Shown piece by piece: positions 20,298 through 30,203 of a stretch of DNA of 64,000 nt. Origin of the DNA: an uncultured Candidatus Rokubacteria bacterium (GTDB lineage Bacteria > Methylomirabilota > Methylomirabilia > Rokubacteriales > CSP1-6); the NCBI GenBank assembly GCA_963771355.1, contig CAVYTA010000006.1, positions 1,792,001 through 1,856,000 on the forward strand. The letters run 5' to 3'. Made by a program: the position numbers and the translations under genes. Each line of letters starts with the position of its first letter. Within the stretch, counting starts at the first letter, position 1. The notes under the pieces were generated by a model. The model searched no databases, had not been told where the DNA came from, and saw only the letters and a program-made list of their open reading frames with translations.

Positions 20298-20964
20298 GCC
20301 GGCGCAGCTTGAGCCGGCGCGCCGCCAAGGCGGCCATGCGCGGGTCCCGCTCCACGCCGATCCACTGCCGTCCCTGCCCTGCCGCCAGCAGGGCCACCGA
20401 CCCCGCGCCGAGGAAGGGGTCGAGGACGGCGCCGCGCTTGCGGCTCACCGCCAGCAGGCGCCGGATCACCGCCGGCGGCGTGGCGTCCCAGCGGCTGTCC
20501 GGGTGTGACCACGGCAGCGGCAGCATCCAGGCCAGCGTCACCGAGCGCGGCCGGACCGGATGAGCGCCCACCTTGCGGAAGCGGAGCACGTAGTTGATCC
20601 GGTTGTCCCAGCGCTCGCGCGACCGCACCTGGGCCCAGCAGCCCTTGGCCTGGAGGGTCCAGCCCGCCCGCCGCATCGCGCGCGTGACGAGCCCGTCGAG
20701 GCCGGCCCATTCCCGCCCGTCGTGGCGGTCGCCGATGACGAGCCAGCAATCGCCGTCGGGCTGGAGCACGCGGTGCCACTGCCGGCCGAACTCCTTGGCC
20801 AGGGTCCGCGCCCAGCGCTCCGCGGAGGCGAGACCACGGCCCCGCACCCAGTACGGCGGCGAGGTGATGATCACCGCGACCTCCCCGGTGGCGATGGCCC
20901 CGAGCCGGCGGCCGTCGCCCACGATCAGCCGCCCCCGACCGTCCGCGGACGCGTAGGTGGTCAC
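20269..20964 (-). CDS. Short N4-C/N6-A DNA methyltransferase-like protein (beta class order)
   Basis: TSPPY catalytic motif comes before the VLDPFLGAGS SAM-binding motif and GVE. Confidence 0.7.
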   Translation of the reverse strand: MTTYASADGRGRLIVGDGRRLGAIATGEVAVIITSPPYWVRGRGLASAERWARTLAKEFGRQWHRVLQPDGDCWLVIGDRHDGREWAGLDGLVTRAMRRAGWTLQAKGCWAQVRSRERWDNRINYVLRFRKVGAHPVRPRSVTLAWMLPLPWSHPDSRWDATPPAVIRRLLAVSRKRGAVLDPFLGAGSVALLAAGQGRQWIGVERDPRMAALAARRLKLRRLRTRERGSA

Positions 20965-21734
20965 AGGGGATACGGGATGAACTCTTCCGCGATCTCTACC
21001 TCGCCGTCGAACCGCTGGTGGGCCTCATCGGCGAGGGCAGCAGTGGCCTCGTGATGGGCGGGGTCGATGTGGGTGAGGATGAGGCGGCGCACCCCGGCGC
21101 GCGCCGCGATCTCCCCCGCCTGCCGCGCGGTGGAGTGTACCCCGTGGCGGCGCGCGTCGCCTTCGGCGTACGTCGCCTCGTGAATGAGGGTGTGGGCGCC
21201 CCGGGCGAGCTCCACCACCGCCTCGCAGGGCTCGGTATCCGAGGAATAGACCACCGACGGCGCCCCCGCCGGGTCGACGCGCAGGGCCAGATTCGGCATG
21301 GGGCCATGCGCATTGGGCGAGGCGGTGAGGGTGAAGGGGCCGGAGCGGCCGAGAAGGGCGCGGGGGACCGCCGGCACGGGCTCGAAGACGAGCGGGAACT
21401 GATCGGGCCGGTCGAGGATGCGGAAGACGCGCAGCAGGTCGCGGAGGGGCTCGGCATGCTCCTCTCGGCAGTTGATCGTGAGCGCGGCGGTCCGGCCCAT
21501 GAGCCCGAGCCCGCGGACGAGCGAGGGCAGCCCGTAGGAATGGTCCACGTGGAGGTGGGTCACCAGGACCCGCGTCACGCTCTGGGGGTTCACCGCGGCC
21601 AGCAGCAGCTTCTGGATGGGGCTGCCGCCGCAGTCCACCAGGACCGACTCGTCATCGCCCACGAAGACCAGCGAGGTGTTGTCGCGGCGCAGGGACGGCA
21701 CCGCGCCCGAGGTGCCGAGGAAGGCGAAGTGCAC
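20961..21734 (-). CDS. Ribonuclease Z-like MBL-fold hydrolase
   Basis: FLGTSGAVP, VDCG, THLHVDH, YSSDT, HEATY, HST and LTH motifs. Confidence 0.8.
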   Translation of the reverse strand: MHFAFLGTSGAVPSLRRDNTSLVFVGDDESVLVDCGGSPIQKLLLAAVNPQSVTRVLVTHLHVDHSYGLPSLVRGLGLMGRTAALTINCREEHAEPLRDLLRVFRILDRPDQFPLVFEPVPAVPRALLGRSGPFTLTASPNAHGPMPNLALRVDPAGAPSVVYSSDTEPCEAVVELARGAHTLIHEATYAEGDARRHGVHSTARQAGEIAARAGVRRLILTHIDPAHHEATAALADEAHQRFDGEVEIAEEFIPYPL

Positions 21735-21746
21735 GCGGCGCGCCGA

Positions 21747-22526
21747 TCAGGCGCGGCTGCGCCGGAGCAGGAGTGGGACGCCGATCACAGCCGCCGCTAC
21801 CCCGAGCAGGCTCACCACCTGGGCCACCCGGATGGGGCCGAACATCAGGGGGTCGGTGCGGAGCCCCTCCGTGATGAAACGTCCGACGGAGTAGAGGCCC
21901 AGATAGGTCAAGAAGAGCGCACCTTTCGCATGCTTGAGGCGGTCACGGAAGACGTAGACCAGGAGGAAGAATACGGCGAGGTCCCAGAGCGACTCATACA
22001 GGAACGCGGGGTGGAAAAAATCATCCTGCGCGTACTGGAGGGGGCGGTGCGACGGGGAGATATAGAGCTTCCAGGGCAGCGAGGTGGGGGTGCCGAAGGC
22101 CTCCTCGTTGAAATAGTTCCCCCATCGGCCGATGGCCTGCCCGAGCACGAGGCTGGGGGCGGCGATGTCCAGATAGTCGCGGACGGGCAGCTTGCGCAGG
22201 TAGGCATAGCCGCCGCCCACCAGAACGCCCCCGATGATGCCGCCGTGGATGGCGAGCCCACCCTCCCAGACCGCGATGATCTTGCTCGGGTCCTGCATGT
22301 AGTAATCGAGGTTGAAGAGCACGTAATAGAGGCGGGCGCCCACCAGGGCCCCCAGGAGCCCCAGCTCGGAGGCCTTGAGGAGGTTCTCGGGATCGAGACC
22401 ACGGCGGCGGGCATCACGATAGGCGAGCCAGAGCCCGACCGCCATGGCGAGGGCCATCAGGATGCCGTACCACCGGATGCTCAGCGGGCCGATCTGGATG
22501 GCGACGGGGCCCGGCGAACGGAACAT
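21747..22526 (-). CDS. lgt: Prolipoprotein diacylglyceryl transferase
   Basis: IRWYG, GARLYYV, GGLAIHGG, GRWGNYFNEE and HPAFLYES motifs. Confidence 0.95.
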   Translation of the reverse strand: MFRSPGPVAIQIGPLSIRWYGILMALAMAVGLWLAYRDARRRGLDPENLLKASELGLLGALVGARLYYVLFNLDYYMQDPSKIIAVWEGGLAIHGGIIGGVLVGGGYAYLRKLPVRDYLDIAAPSLVLGQAIGRWGNYFNEEAFGTPTSLPWKLYISPSHRPLQYAQDDFFHPAFLYESLWDLAVFFLLVYVFRDRLKHAKGALFLTYLGLYSVGRFITEGLRTDPLMFGPIRVAQVVSLLGVAAAVIGVPLLLRRSRA

Positions 22527-22535
22527 ATCGGAACT

Positions 22536-22599
22536 CTTATACGGGGGCGCCTCCCTCGCTGTCAATTGTTTGACACTCTTCGGACCCGTTCTGTATCAT
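22536..22599. promoter_or_regulatory. Back-to-back sigma70 promoters for lgt and tolQ
   Basis: Plus strand TTGACA(22570)-N18-TATCAT; minus strand TTGACA(22565)-N18-TATAAG. Confidence 0.6.
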
Positions 22600-22648
22600 C
22601 GAAATCACGCGGTTCCCGCGCGAAGGTCACCTTGAAAAGGAGCCCCTG

Positions 22649-23389
22649 GTGCCAGGCAACAGCAGTCTGAACGCAAGCGTCGTCGAGCTGGTCCTCAACG
22701 CCGGCCCCGTCGCGAAGTTCATCCTCCTCCTGCTCGCCGTCTTCTCGGTGGTCTGCTGGGCGCTCATCGTGGAGAAATGGTGGGAGTTCCGGAAGGTACA
22801 CCGGGAGTCCATGCGCTTCCTCAAGGTGTTCCGCGAGGGGCGCCGGCTCGCCGCCATCTACGTCGGCGCGCGCCGGCACCGCGAGAGCCCGCTCGCCCAG
22901 CTCTACGTGGCGGGTTGCCAGGAGGCGGCCGGGGGCGTGGTCGGGGGCGAGCTGCTCGAGCATGCCCTCGCGGAGGCGGAGGACGGCCTCCCGCCGAGCC
23001 GGCTGGAGGCGGTGGATCGCGCGATGCGGCGCGCCGCTTCCGTCGAAGTGGCGCGAATGGAGCGGTATCTTCCTTTCCTCGCCACCACCGCCAGCGCGGC
23101 GCCGTTCATCGGCCTCTTCGGCACCGTGTGGGGCGTCATGAGCGCCTTTCACGGAATCGGGCAGCAGGGCTCGGCGAGCCTCGCCGTCGTGGCCCCCGGC
23201 ATCTCCGAGGCCCTCATCGCCACCGCGGCCGGCCTGGGCGCCGCCATTCCCGCGGTCATGGGCTATAACTACTTCGTCAACCGGGTGAAGCACTGGGCGG
23301 CGGAGATGGAGGGCTTCACCCTCGATTTCCTCAACCTCCTCTCGCGCCCCGTGCCCAAGACGGTGGCCTCGGCAAAAGATGGCGTTTAG
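22649..23389 (+). CDS. tolQ: Tol-Pal system protein TolQ (MotA/TolQ/ExbB family)
   Basis: APFIGLFGTVWG and PGISEALIATAAGL motifs; first gene of the tol-pal cluster. Confidence 0.9.
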   Translation: MPGNSSLNASVVELVLNAGPVAKFILLLLAVFSVVCWALIVEKWWEFRKVHRESMRFLKVFREGRRLAAIYVGARRHRESPLAQLYVAGCQEAAGGVVGGELLEHALAEAEDGLPPSRLEAVDRAMRRAASVEVARMERYLPFLATTASAAPFIGLFGTVWGVMSAFHGIGQQGSASLAVVAPGISEALIATAAGLGAAIPAVMGYNYFVNRVKHWAAEMEGFTLDFLNLLSRPVPKTVASAKDGV

Positions 23390-23813
23390 ACTCGAGTCCT
23401 CGGGAAGCGGGCGGAGCTCGCGGATCGGCGCCAACCTGTCCGAGATCAACATCATTCCACTCGTGGACGTGATCCTCGTCCTGCTCCTCATCTTCATGCT
23501 CACCGCGCCGCTGATGCATCGTGGGATCGACGTGGCCCTGCCCAAGAGCTCGGCCAAGCCGACCGCGGTGGAGGAACGGCTGGTGCTCACCCTCACCAAG
23601 GAACAGACCATCTATCTCAACGACAAGCCGGTCCCCGTCGCGGGGCTCGAGCCGCGGCTCCGCGAGGCGATCAAGACCCGTACCGACAAGACCATCTACC
23701 TCAAGGCCGATCAGGGGCTCTCGTATGGCTTCGTGGTCGAGACCATGGACCGGATCCGCCGTGCCGGGGTCGAGAAGCTCGGGATGGTCACGGAGCCGGC
23801 GAGGGACCGCTGA
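23379..23813 (+). CDS. tolR: Tol-Pal system protein TolR (ExbD/TolR family)
   Basis: EINIIPLVDVILVLLLIFM and LKAD motifs. Confidence 0.88.
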   Translation: MAFRLESSGSGRSSRIGANLSEINIIPLVDVILVLLLIFMLTAPLMHRGIDVALPKSSAKPTAVEERLVLTLTKEQTIYLNDKPVPVAGLEPRLREAIKTRTDKTIYLKADQGLSYGFVVETMDRIRRAGVEKLGMVTEPARDR

Positions 23814-23842
23814 TCGCAACCAGCGTCGCCCAGGAGTTCCCC

Positions 23843-24688
23843 ATGCCGTCGCCGATGCAGGTGCCTCGCGGCCGGCTCGGGCCTGCGCTGCGCCGCCGGC
23901 GCCTCCCGATGGCGGCGCTCACCGTCTCGGCGGTGGTGCATGTGCTGCTCGCCGGCGGGCTCCTGGTCGCGGTCATCTGGGGCGGCTGGAACGCCCGAAA
24001 GGTATACGTGGTGAATCTCGTGCCGAGCATTTCCGCCGTCGGTGCCCCCACCGCGGTGGCGCCGCGACCGGTGGTGCCGCCGTCGCCGCGCGTTCCGGAG
24101 CCGACGCCGCCGCGTGAGACGCGGCCGCCGGAGCCCGCGAAGGCGCCCAGCCTTCCCGAGGGCCCGCCCTCGAGCGCGGCGCTGCCGCCGAGGGCCCCCG
24201 CCCTGCCGCGCCCCGGCGAGAGGGAGCTCCCGACCCTGGCGCCACCCAGTGAGCGCCGCTCGCTGCCGCCCGCCGCCGCCCGGACGACGGAAACGCCCAG
24301 TGAAGCTCGACCCGCTCCGCCGCCTCCCGCCCCGCCTCCAGGGCAGGTGACCGGCTCGCCCACGGGCACGGGCGTTCGCACCCTGGAGGCCTCGGACTTC
24401 CCGCACGCGTGGTACCTGCGGCAGGTGCTGGCCAAGGTCGAGCGGGAGTGGCAGAAGCAGGCCCAGATCGCCGAGCCGGGCCAGAAGCCGCTGGTGATGG
24501 TCGAGATACAGCGCGACGGCTCGATCGGCATGCCGAAGATCGAGAAGAGCTCCGGGAACGCGTTCTACGATCAGGCCGCCCTGCGCGCGATCATGGACGC
24601 GCGACCCTTCGCACCCCTTCCCGCCGAGTGGGTCCGCCCCTCGCTGCGGGTGATGTTCAGCTTCGACTTCAAGCCGGAGCGCGGATGA
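23843..24688 (+). CDS. TolA/TonB-like protein (TM anchor, Pro-rich linker, TonB_C domain)
   Basis: SxxxH in the TM helix, Pro-rich linker, SSGNAFYDQAALRAI; lies between tolR and tolB. Confidence 0.82.
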   Translation: MPSPMQVPRGRLGPALRRRRLPMAALTVSAVVHVLLAGGLLVAVIWGGWNARKVYVVNLVPSISAVGAPTAVAPRPVVPPSPRVPEPTPPRETRPPEPAKAPSLPEGPPSSAALPPRAPALPRPGERELPTLAPPSERRSLPPAAARTTETPSEARPAPPPPAPPPGQVTGSPTGTGVRTLEASDFPHAWYLRQVLAKVEREWQKQAQIAEPGQKPLVMVEIQRDGSIGMPKIEKSSGNAFYDQAALRAIMDARPFAPLPAEWVRPSLRVMFSFDFKPERG

Positions 24689-26022
24689 GCGCGTCTCGCC
24701 GCCTCGCCGCCGTCGCCGCTCTCCTGCTCGTGGTGGGGGTGAGCCTGGTCGTCTGGCCCCCCGTTCGGCCCGCGCGCTCGCAGGCTCCCGACGTGCTCCT
24801 CAATGTCCTCGGGGGGGGCGCGAAGAAGCTGAACCTCTTCATGCCGGACTTCACCGTGGTGGGCGGCCCCGACCCGGCGGGGCTGTCGCGCTCGCTCGCC
24901 GAAGTGACGGCCGGCGACCTCAAGTTCTCGGCGCTCTTCTCGGTGGTGGGCGGCCAGCCGGCGCTCCCCGCCGCGAACCCGGAGGCGCTCAAGAAGGCCT
25001 GGACGGACGCCGCGGCGGCGGGCGCGCATGCAGCGCTGCACGGCCTCCTCACCCCGCGTGCCGACCGCCTCGAGGGGGAGCTGCGGCTGTACGACCTCAC
25101 CTCGCCCGAGCTGCGCCTCATCGCGACGAAGAAGATCGCGGTGGTACCCGCCGAGGCGCGGCGGCTCGCCCACAAGATGGCCGACGAGGTGGTGCTCCAG
25201 TTCACCGGGGAGCCCGGCGTGGCCGACACCAAGATCGCCTACGTGGCGCCGCGCGACGGCAGCAAGGAGATCGGGGTGATGGACTACGATGGGGCGGGCG
25301 CGGTGCCGCTGACCGCGAACCAGTCCATCAACCTCTCACCGCGCTGGAGCCCGGACGCTCGCTCGCTCGCCTTCACGTCGTACATGCGGGGCTACCCCTA
25401 CCTCTACCGGCTCTTCGCCTTCGAGCGCCGACCGGTGCAGCTCCTGGCCGGCTTCCTCGGCATCAACTCGTCGCCCGCATGGAGCCCGGACGGCAAGCAG
25501 GTGGCGCTGACCTTGTCCAAGGACGGTAATCCCGAGATCTATATCCTGACCCTGGCCACCGGCGCGTTCCGCCGGCTCACCATCCATCCCGGCATCGACA
25601 CCGAGCCCACCTGGTCGCCCACCGGACGGGAGCTCGCCTTCGTATCCGACCGGGCGGGACCGGCGCAGGTCTACGTGATGGACGTGGAAGGCACCAATGT
25701 CCGGCGCCTGACCCAGGCCGGCTTCAACACCCAGCCGAGGTGGTCTCCTAAAGGGGACTCCATCGCCTACACCTCCCGGCAAGGCGCGCATGACATCTGG
25801 ATCGTCGCGCCCGACGGGTCGAACGTGCGGCGTCTCACCACCGGATCCGGTGACAACGAGAGCTCGTCATGGGCCCCGAACGGCCGGCACCTGGCGTTCC
25901 AGTCCACCCGCCAGCGCGGCCCGAGAATTTTCACCATGCTCCCCGACGGCTCCGAGCAGCAGCCGGTGCCCAGCGGGCCCACCGAAGCGGCAAGTCCTGC
26001 ATGGTCGCCGCGCCTTCCGTGA
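24685..26022 (+). CDS. tolB: Tol-Pal beta-propeller protein TolB
   Basis: TolB N-domain (AHKMADE) and repeated PxWSPDG (PD40) repeats. Confidence 0.92.
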   Translation: MSASRRLAAVAALLLVVGVSLVVWPPVRPARSQAPDVLLNVLGGGAKKLNLFMPDFTVVGGPDPAGLSRSLAEVTAGDLKFSALFSVVGGQPALPAANPEALKKAWTDAAAAGAHAALHGLLTPRADRLEGELRLYDLTSPELRLIATKKIAVVPAEARRLAHKMADEVVLQFTGEPGVADTKIAYVAPRDGSKEIGVMDYDGAGAVPLTANQSINLSPRWSPDARSLAFTSYMRGYPYLYRLFAFERRPVQLLAGFLGINSSPAWSPDGKQVALTLSKDGNPEIYILTLATGAFRRLTIHPGIDTEPTWSPTGRELAFVSDRAGPAQVYVMDVEGTNVRRLTQAGFNTQPRWSPKGDSIAYTSRQGAHDIWIVAPDGSNVRRLTTGSGDNESSSWAPNGRHLAFQSTRQRGPRIFTMLPDGSEQQPVPSGPTEAASPAWSPRLP

Positions 26023-26080
26023 TAGGATGACCTCGATTTTCACTCGGATCTTTAGCGTTCCAAAAGGAGGTTTTCACACT

Positions 26081-26691
26081 ATGGCTCAACGACGGGGTTC
26101 TTTGCTTGCGGTCATGCCCCTGCTCCTCTTGACACTGTTCCTCGTGGGCTGCCCCAAGCGCCCCGCCACTCCGGTCGCGTCCGCTCCCGCGCCGACTGGA
26201 TCGGCCATGGCTCCCGCGCCCGGACCGGCCCCGGCACCGGCACCGCCCGCAGCGCCGGGCCCGTCGGCGCTGGCCCCCGCCGCGCCCGCGCCCGGAGGAG
26301 CCGCCACCACCTCCCCCCGGGTACGCCGCCGCGGCCGAGTGAGTTCACCGAGAACACCAATCTCAAGGACGTGTTCTTCGACTTCGACCGGTACGACGTA
26401 CGGGCGGGCGACGCGAAGATCCTCGACGGCAACGCGGCGTGGCTGAAGTCCAGCGACAACAACTTGGTCCTCATCGAGGGACACTGCGACGAGCGCGGTA
26501 CCAACGAGTACAACCTCGCGCTGGGCGAGCGCCGCGCCAAGTCCACGATGAACTACCTCGTGGCCCAGGGCATCCAGGCCAACCGCATCACGATCATCTC
26601 GTATGGCAAGGAGCGCCCGGTCTGCAGCGAGAAGAACGAGAGCTGCTGGCAGAAGAATCGTCGGGCACATTTCCTGGTCAAGGCCCGTTAG
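26081..26691 (+). CDS. pal: Peptidoglycan-associated lipoprotein Pal (frameshift in C run 26313-26318)
   Basis: AAAGGAGG RBS and lipobox LVGC. The OmpA-like domain (FFDFD, EGHCDERG, YNLALGERRA, NRR) is in the next frame; adding one C restores the frame. Confidence 0.9.
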
Positions 26692-26722
26692 CGGCCTCCA
26701 CGCCGGGAAGGAACGACCCGCA

Positions 26723-27580
26723 TTGAAGGCGCGGCACGCGAAGGGGAGCCCCCGGCTCCCCTTCGGTGTCTTGCTCCTCCTCGCCGCGGTGGCGCCGCTC
26801 GCGGGCGGCTGCGCCGACTCCACCGGCGAGGCCCTGCATCAGGACGTCGCCCAGCTCCGGCAGGACCTCAATGCGCTGACCCTCTCGGTGCACCGCGGCC
26901 GCGGCGACACGGAGGCGGTGCTGAACCAGCTCGACCGGCGCGCGCGAGAGGGGAACGCCGAGTCCAGCCGTCAGATGGGCGCGCTGTCCGCGCGCGTCGA
27001 CACGCTGTCCACCGAGCTGACTCGCGTGTCCGCCCGACTGGACGAGCTGTCGCAGCGCATCGAAACCCTGAGCCGTGAGCTCGCCTCGCGCGCGGCTCCG
27101 GCTCCATCGTCCGGAGGCTCGGCGCCGGGAACGGCGGGGGCGCCGCGGAGCTCGGGAGGGCCGACGCCGCAGCAGGCCTATCAGGCGGCCTATCTCGACT
27201 TCAGCAAGGGAAACTACCCGCTGGCGGTGGCGGGATTCCGCGAGTTCGTCCGGCGCTATCCCGACGCCCCGCTCGCGGACCAGGCCCAGTACTGGGTGGG
27301 GGAATCTCTGTTCAGCCAGGCGCGCGCCAGCCTCGCCGCGGGTCAGTCGGACAAGGCCACGCGCGAGCTGGAGCAGGCGGTGCAGGAGTTCCGGCGCGTG
27401 AGCCTGAACTATCCGCGCGGCGACAAGGTGCCGACGGCCCTGTACAAGGAAGCCCTGGCGCTCCTCGAGCTCAAGCAGCCCCGGCTCGCGCAGACACGAC
27501 TGCAGTACCTGCTCGACAATTTCCCGCAGTCGGAGGAAGCTCCCCTCGCGAAGGAGCGCCTCGCCAATCTTGGTGGCTGA
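26723..27580 (+). CDS. cpoB: Tol-Pal protein YbgF/CpoB (coiled coil plus TPR)
   Basis: Lipobox-like AGGC, coiled coil, then TPR motifs YQAAY, AQYWVGE and KVPTALYK; lies downstream of pal. Confidence 0.82.
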   Translation: MKARHAKGSPRLPFGVLLLLAAVAPLAGGCADSTGEALHQDVAQLRQDLNALTLSVHRGRGDTEAVLNQLDRRAREGNAESSRQMGALSARVDTLSTELTRVSARLDELSQRIETLSRELASRAAPAPSSGGSAPGTAGAPRSSGGPTPQQAYQAAYLDFSKGNYPLAVAGFREFVRRYPDAPLADQAQYWVGESLFSQARASLAAGQSDKATRELEQAVQEFRRVSLNYPRGDKVPTALYKEALALLELKQPRLAQTRLQYLLDNFPQSEEAPLAKERLANLGG

Positions 27581-27602
27581 CCGGGACGGCTAGCTGGGCG
27601 GG

Positions 27603-28115
27603 CTAGCGCGAGGCGAAGAGCCAGATCACGGTGACGCCGCGCTCGGCGCCGCGATCGGAATCGGAATAGACCATCACGCTGCCGTCGGGATCCCCGGTGG
27701 CGACGTCCTGCACCATCACCGGTCCCCACGCGGGCAGAAGCTCGCCCTCATCCGCCGGCCAGAAGGAGACGGACAGGAGCGTGACCGTCGCGAGGCCGGT
27801 AGCCAGCGCCAGCCGGGGATGTCCCCAGACCGGCTTCCAGAACGGCAGCCACCAGGGTTCTCGTAGCGGCCGCGCCGGCTCGGTCTCGATGCGTGACCGG
27901 ATGACCGTCCAGAACCCGGACCAGTCCGGCAGCCGGGGCTCGGACGCCACTCCACGCACCTGGGAGCGGAGCGCCGTGAGGCGCTCCATCCGGGCCCGGC
28001 AGGACGCGCAGCCGGTCAGGTGCCGGGCCACGGCCCGCATCGCTCGCGCGGGGAGCGCCACGTCCGCGAACGGCTCGATGCGGGATCGATTCCAGAGACA
28101 GCCCAGCGATGGCAT
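27603..28115 (-). CDS. Putative zinc-binding (zf-HC2) anti-sigma factor
   Basis: C...HLTGCASC (HxxxCxxC) followed by a single TM helix. Confidence 0.7.
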   Translation of the reverse strand: MPSLGCLWNRSRIEPFADVALPARAMRAVARHLTGCASCRARMERLTALRSQVRGVASEPRLPDWSGFWTVIRSRIETEPARPLREPWWLPFWKPVWGHPRLALATGLATVTLLSVSFWPADEGELLPAWGPVMVQDVATGDPDGSVMVYSDSDRGAERGVTVIWLFASR

Positions 28116-28194
28116 CGTGTGCAGTATACCTTGCTGTCTGGGACGGCCCTGGGCCCTTGAATATTCCCGAGCTCACGCCTAAGGTCTGAGAAAG

Positions 28195-28875
28195 ATGGAG
28201 CTCCCCATCGAAATCGAGGTGCCGGACGGGCCGCGCCTCGAGGCCCGGCTGGCCGAGCCTCCCGCCGCCACCGCCGGCCTGGTCCTCTGCCATCCCCACC
28301 CCCTCTATGGCGGAGACATGGACAATCCCGTCATCGTGCGCGCCGCCGAAGTGACGCAGGGCCTGGGGCTCATGACCCTTCGGTTCAATTTCCGCGGGGT
28401 CGGGGCCTCTGGGGGCACCCATGGCGCCGGCAACGCCGAAGAGGATGACGTCCGGGCGGCGCTCGGGCGGGCCCGGGCGGCCCTCCCGGCGAACGCGCCC
28501 CTCGGCCTGCTGGGATATTCCTTCGGGGCCTGGGTCGCCGCCCGCGTCGCCGCGAAGCCCTCCGCGCATGCGCTGCCGCTGTGCCTGGTGGCACCGCCGC
28601 TCAGCATGGTCGACTGGACCACCGTCCCCACGGGGGCCACGCCGCTGCTCATCGTCGCGGGCACGCGCGACCAGTACTGTCCCCTGCCCGACCTCGAGCG
28701 CTTCACCGCGCGGCTACCCGGGGCCCGCACCGCCATCATCGAAGGCGCCGATCACTTCTTCTTCGGGAAGCTTTTTCCGTTGGGGCTGGAGGTGGAACGC
28801 TGGCTACGGGAATGGGCCGGCGGCGGCTCAGCCGCGCTGTCGGGGGAGCCGGGGGGGCGAAGCGGTGCCGGCTGA
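28195..28875 (+). CDS. Alpha/beta hydrolase
   Basis: HPHPLYGG, RFNFRGVG, GYSFG nucleophile and ADHFF motifs. Confidence 0.88.
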   Translation: MELPIEIEVPDGPRLEARLAEPPAATAGLVLCHPHPLYGGDMDNPVIVRAAEVTQGLGLMTLRFNFRGVGASGGTHGAGNAEEDDVRAALGRARAALPANAPLGLLGYSFGAWVAARVAAKPSAHALPLCLVAPPLSMVDWTTVPTGATPLLIVAGTRDQYCPLPDLERFTARLPGARTAIIEGADHFFFGKLFPLGLEVERWLREWAGGGSAALSGEPGGRSGAG

Positions 28876-29427
28876 GAGGATGATGCGGATACCCTCCTCC
28901 ACGCTGAGCCCGGTGGCGAGGGCGTCCTCCCGCGGCACCACCACCACGTCGCCGAGATAGAGATTGTTGGTGGGCACGAACACCGTCACCATCTGCCGCT
29001 TGCCCTCGGGGAGCTCCACGAGGATCTCGGAGGTCACGAAGCCGAACACGTATTCGCCCTTGCGCGGGTGCTCGGCGAGGACGACTTCCTTGAAGGAGCC
29101 GCGCTTCTCGGGTGAGAAGGACGCCAGCAGCTCCTTGACGGTCGGGTAGATGCTGCGGAAGATCGGCACGTGCGAGAGCCCCCGCTCGATCCGGGCGAGG
29201 ATGCGCCGCCCCACCACGTTGGTGGCGATGGTGCCCATCACCAGGATGAGCGCGATGGCGGTGAGGAAGCCGAGGCCGGGGATCCGACGCCCGAAGATCT
29301 GCTGGTATCCGGGAGAAAAGAAGCTGTCGATCGCGTCCCAGAACACGTACAGGAGCCACGCGGTGGCGATGGCGGGGACGGTGACGAAGAAGCCTGTGAT
29401 GAACCGGACTTTCAACCAGTTCTTCAC
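28828..29427 (-). CDS. DUF502 family membrane protein
   Basis: FITG..VP, P..RSIY, VFVPT and EEGIRIILSAG motifs. Confidence 0.82.
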   Translation of the reverse strand: MKNWLKVRFITGFFVTVPAIATAWLLYVFWDAIDSFFSPGYQQIFGRRIPGLGFLTAIALILVMGTIATNVVGRRILARIERGLSHVPIFRSIYPTVKELLASFSPEKRGSFKEVVLAEHPRKGEYVFGFVTSEILVELPEGKRQMVTVFVPTNNLYLGDVVVVPREDALATGLSVEEGIRIILSAGTASPPRLPRQRG

Positions 29428-29447
29428 CGGCCCCTCATAGCGGCCCG

Positions 29448-30203
29448 ATGAAATCACGCGCAACGCGGCAAGTCAAGAAACTGGCGGGAAAGGGGGCTCT
29501 CGTCACCGGCGGCGCCGCGCGCGTGGGACGTGCCATCGCGCTGGCGCTCGCGCGCGAGGGCTCCGATGTGGCGGTGGGCTATCACGCATCATCGGCGGCC
29601 GCGCGCGCCACCGTGGCCGACCTCGAGGCGCTCGGCGTGCGTGCGGTGGCCCTCCGCGCCGATCTCGCGAAGCCCGCCGCCGCGCGCGCGCTGGTGGCCG
29701 CGGCCGCGCGCCGGCTGGGACGGCTCGACGTCCTCGTCAACAATGCCGCCGTCTTCTTCCGCACCCCGCTCGCCGATACGACGCCCGCCCAGTTCGACCG
29801 GCTCATCGCCGTGAACCTGCGCGGGGCCTTCTTCTGCGCTCAGGCGGCGGCGCGCCTCATGCCGGGGGGAGGGCGCATCGTCAATATCGCGGACGTGGGC
29901 GGGGTGCGCGCGTGGCCGGGCTATATCCCCTACGGCATCTCCAAGGCCGGTGTGCTCATGCTCACGCGCGGACTGGCGGTCGCGCTGGCGCCGCGCATCC
30001 AGGTCAACGCGGTGGGGCCGGGCGTGGTGCTCCTGCCCGAACACTTCCCGCGGGAGCGGGCGCGACGGATCCGGGCCCGCATCCCCATGGGTCGCCACGG
30101 CCGCCCCGAGGACGTCGCCGCCGCCGTCTGTTTCTTCGCCACCTGCCCCGACTACATCACCGGCCAGGCGCTGTTCGTGGACGGGGGCGTGCTCGCGGTC
30201 TGA
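29448..30203 (+). CDS. SDR family oxidoreductase (pteridine reductase-like)
   Basis: TGGAARVG, NNAA, YGISK and VNAVGPG motifs. Confidence 0.88.
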   Translation: MKSRATRQVKKLAGKGALVTGGAARVGRAIALALAREGSDVAVGYHASSAAARATVADLEALGVRAVALRADLAKPAAARALVAAAARRLGRLDVLVNNAAVFFRTPLADTTPAQFDRLIAVNLRGAFFCAQAAARLMPGGGRIVNIADVGGVRAWPGYIPYGISKAGVLMLTRGLAVALAPRIQVNAVGPGVVLLPEHFPRERARRIRARIPMGRHGRPEDVAAAVCFFATCPDYITGQALFVDGGVLAV

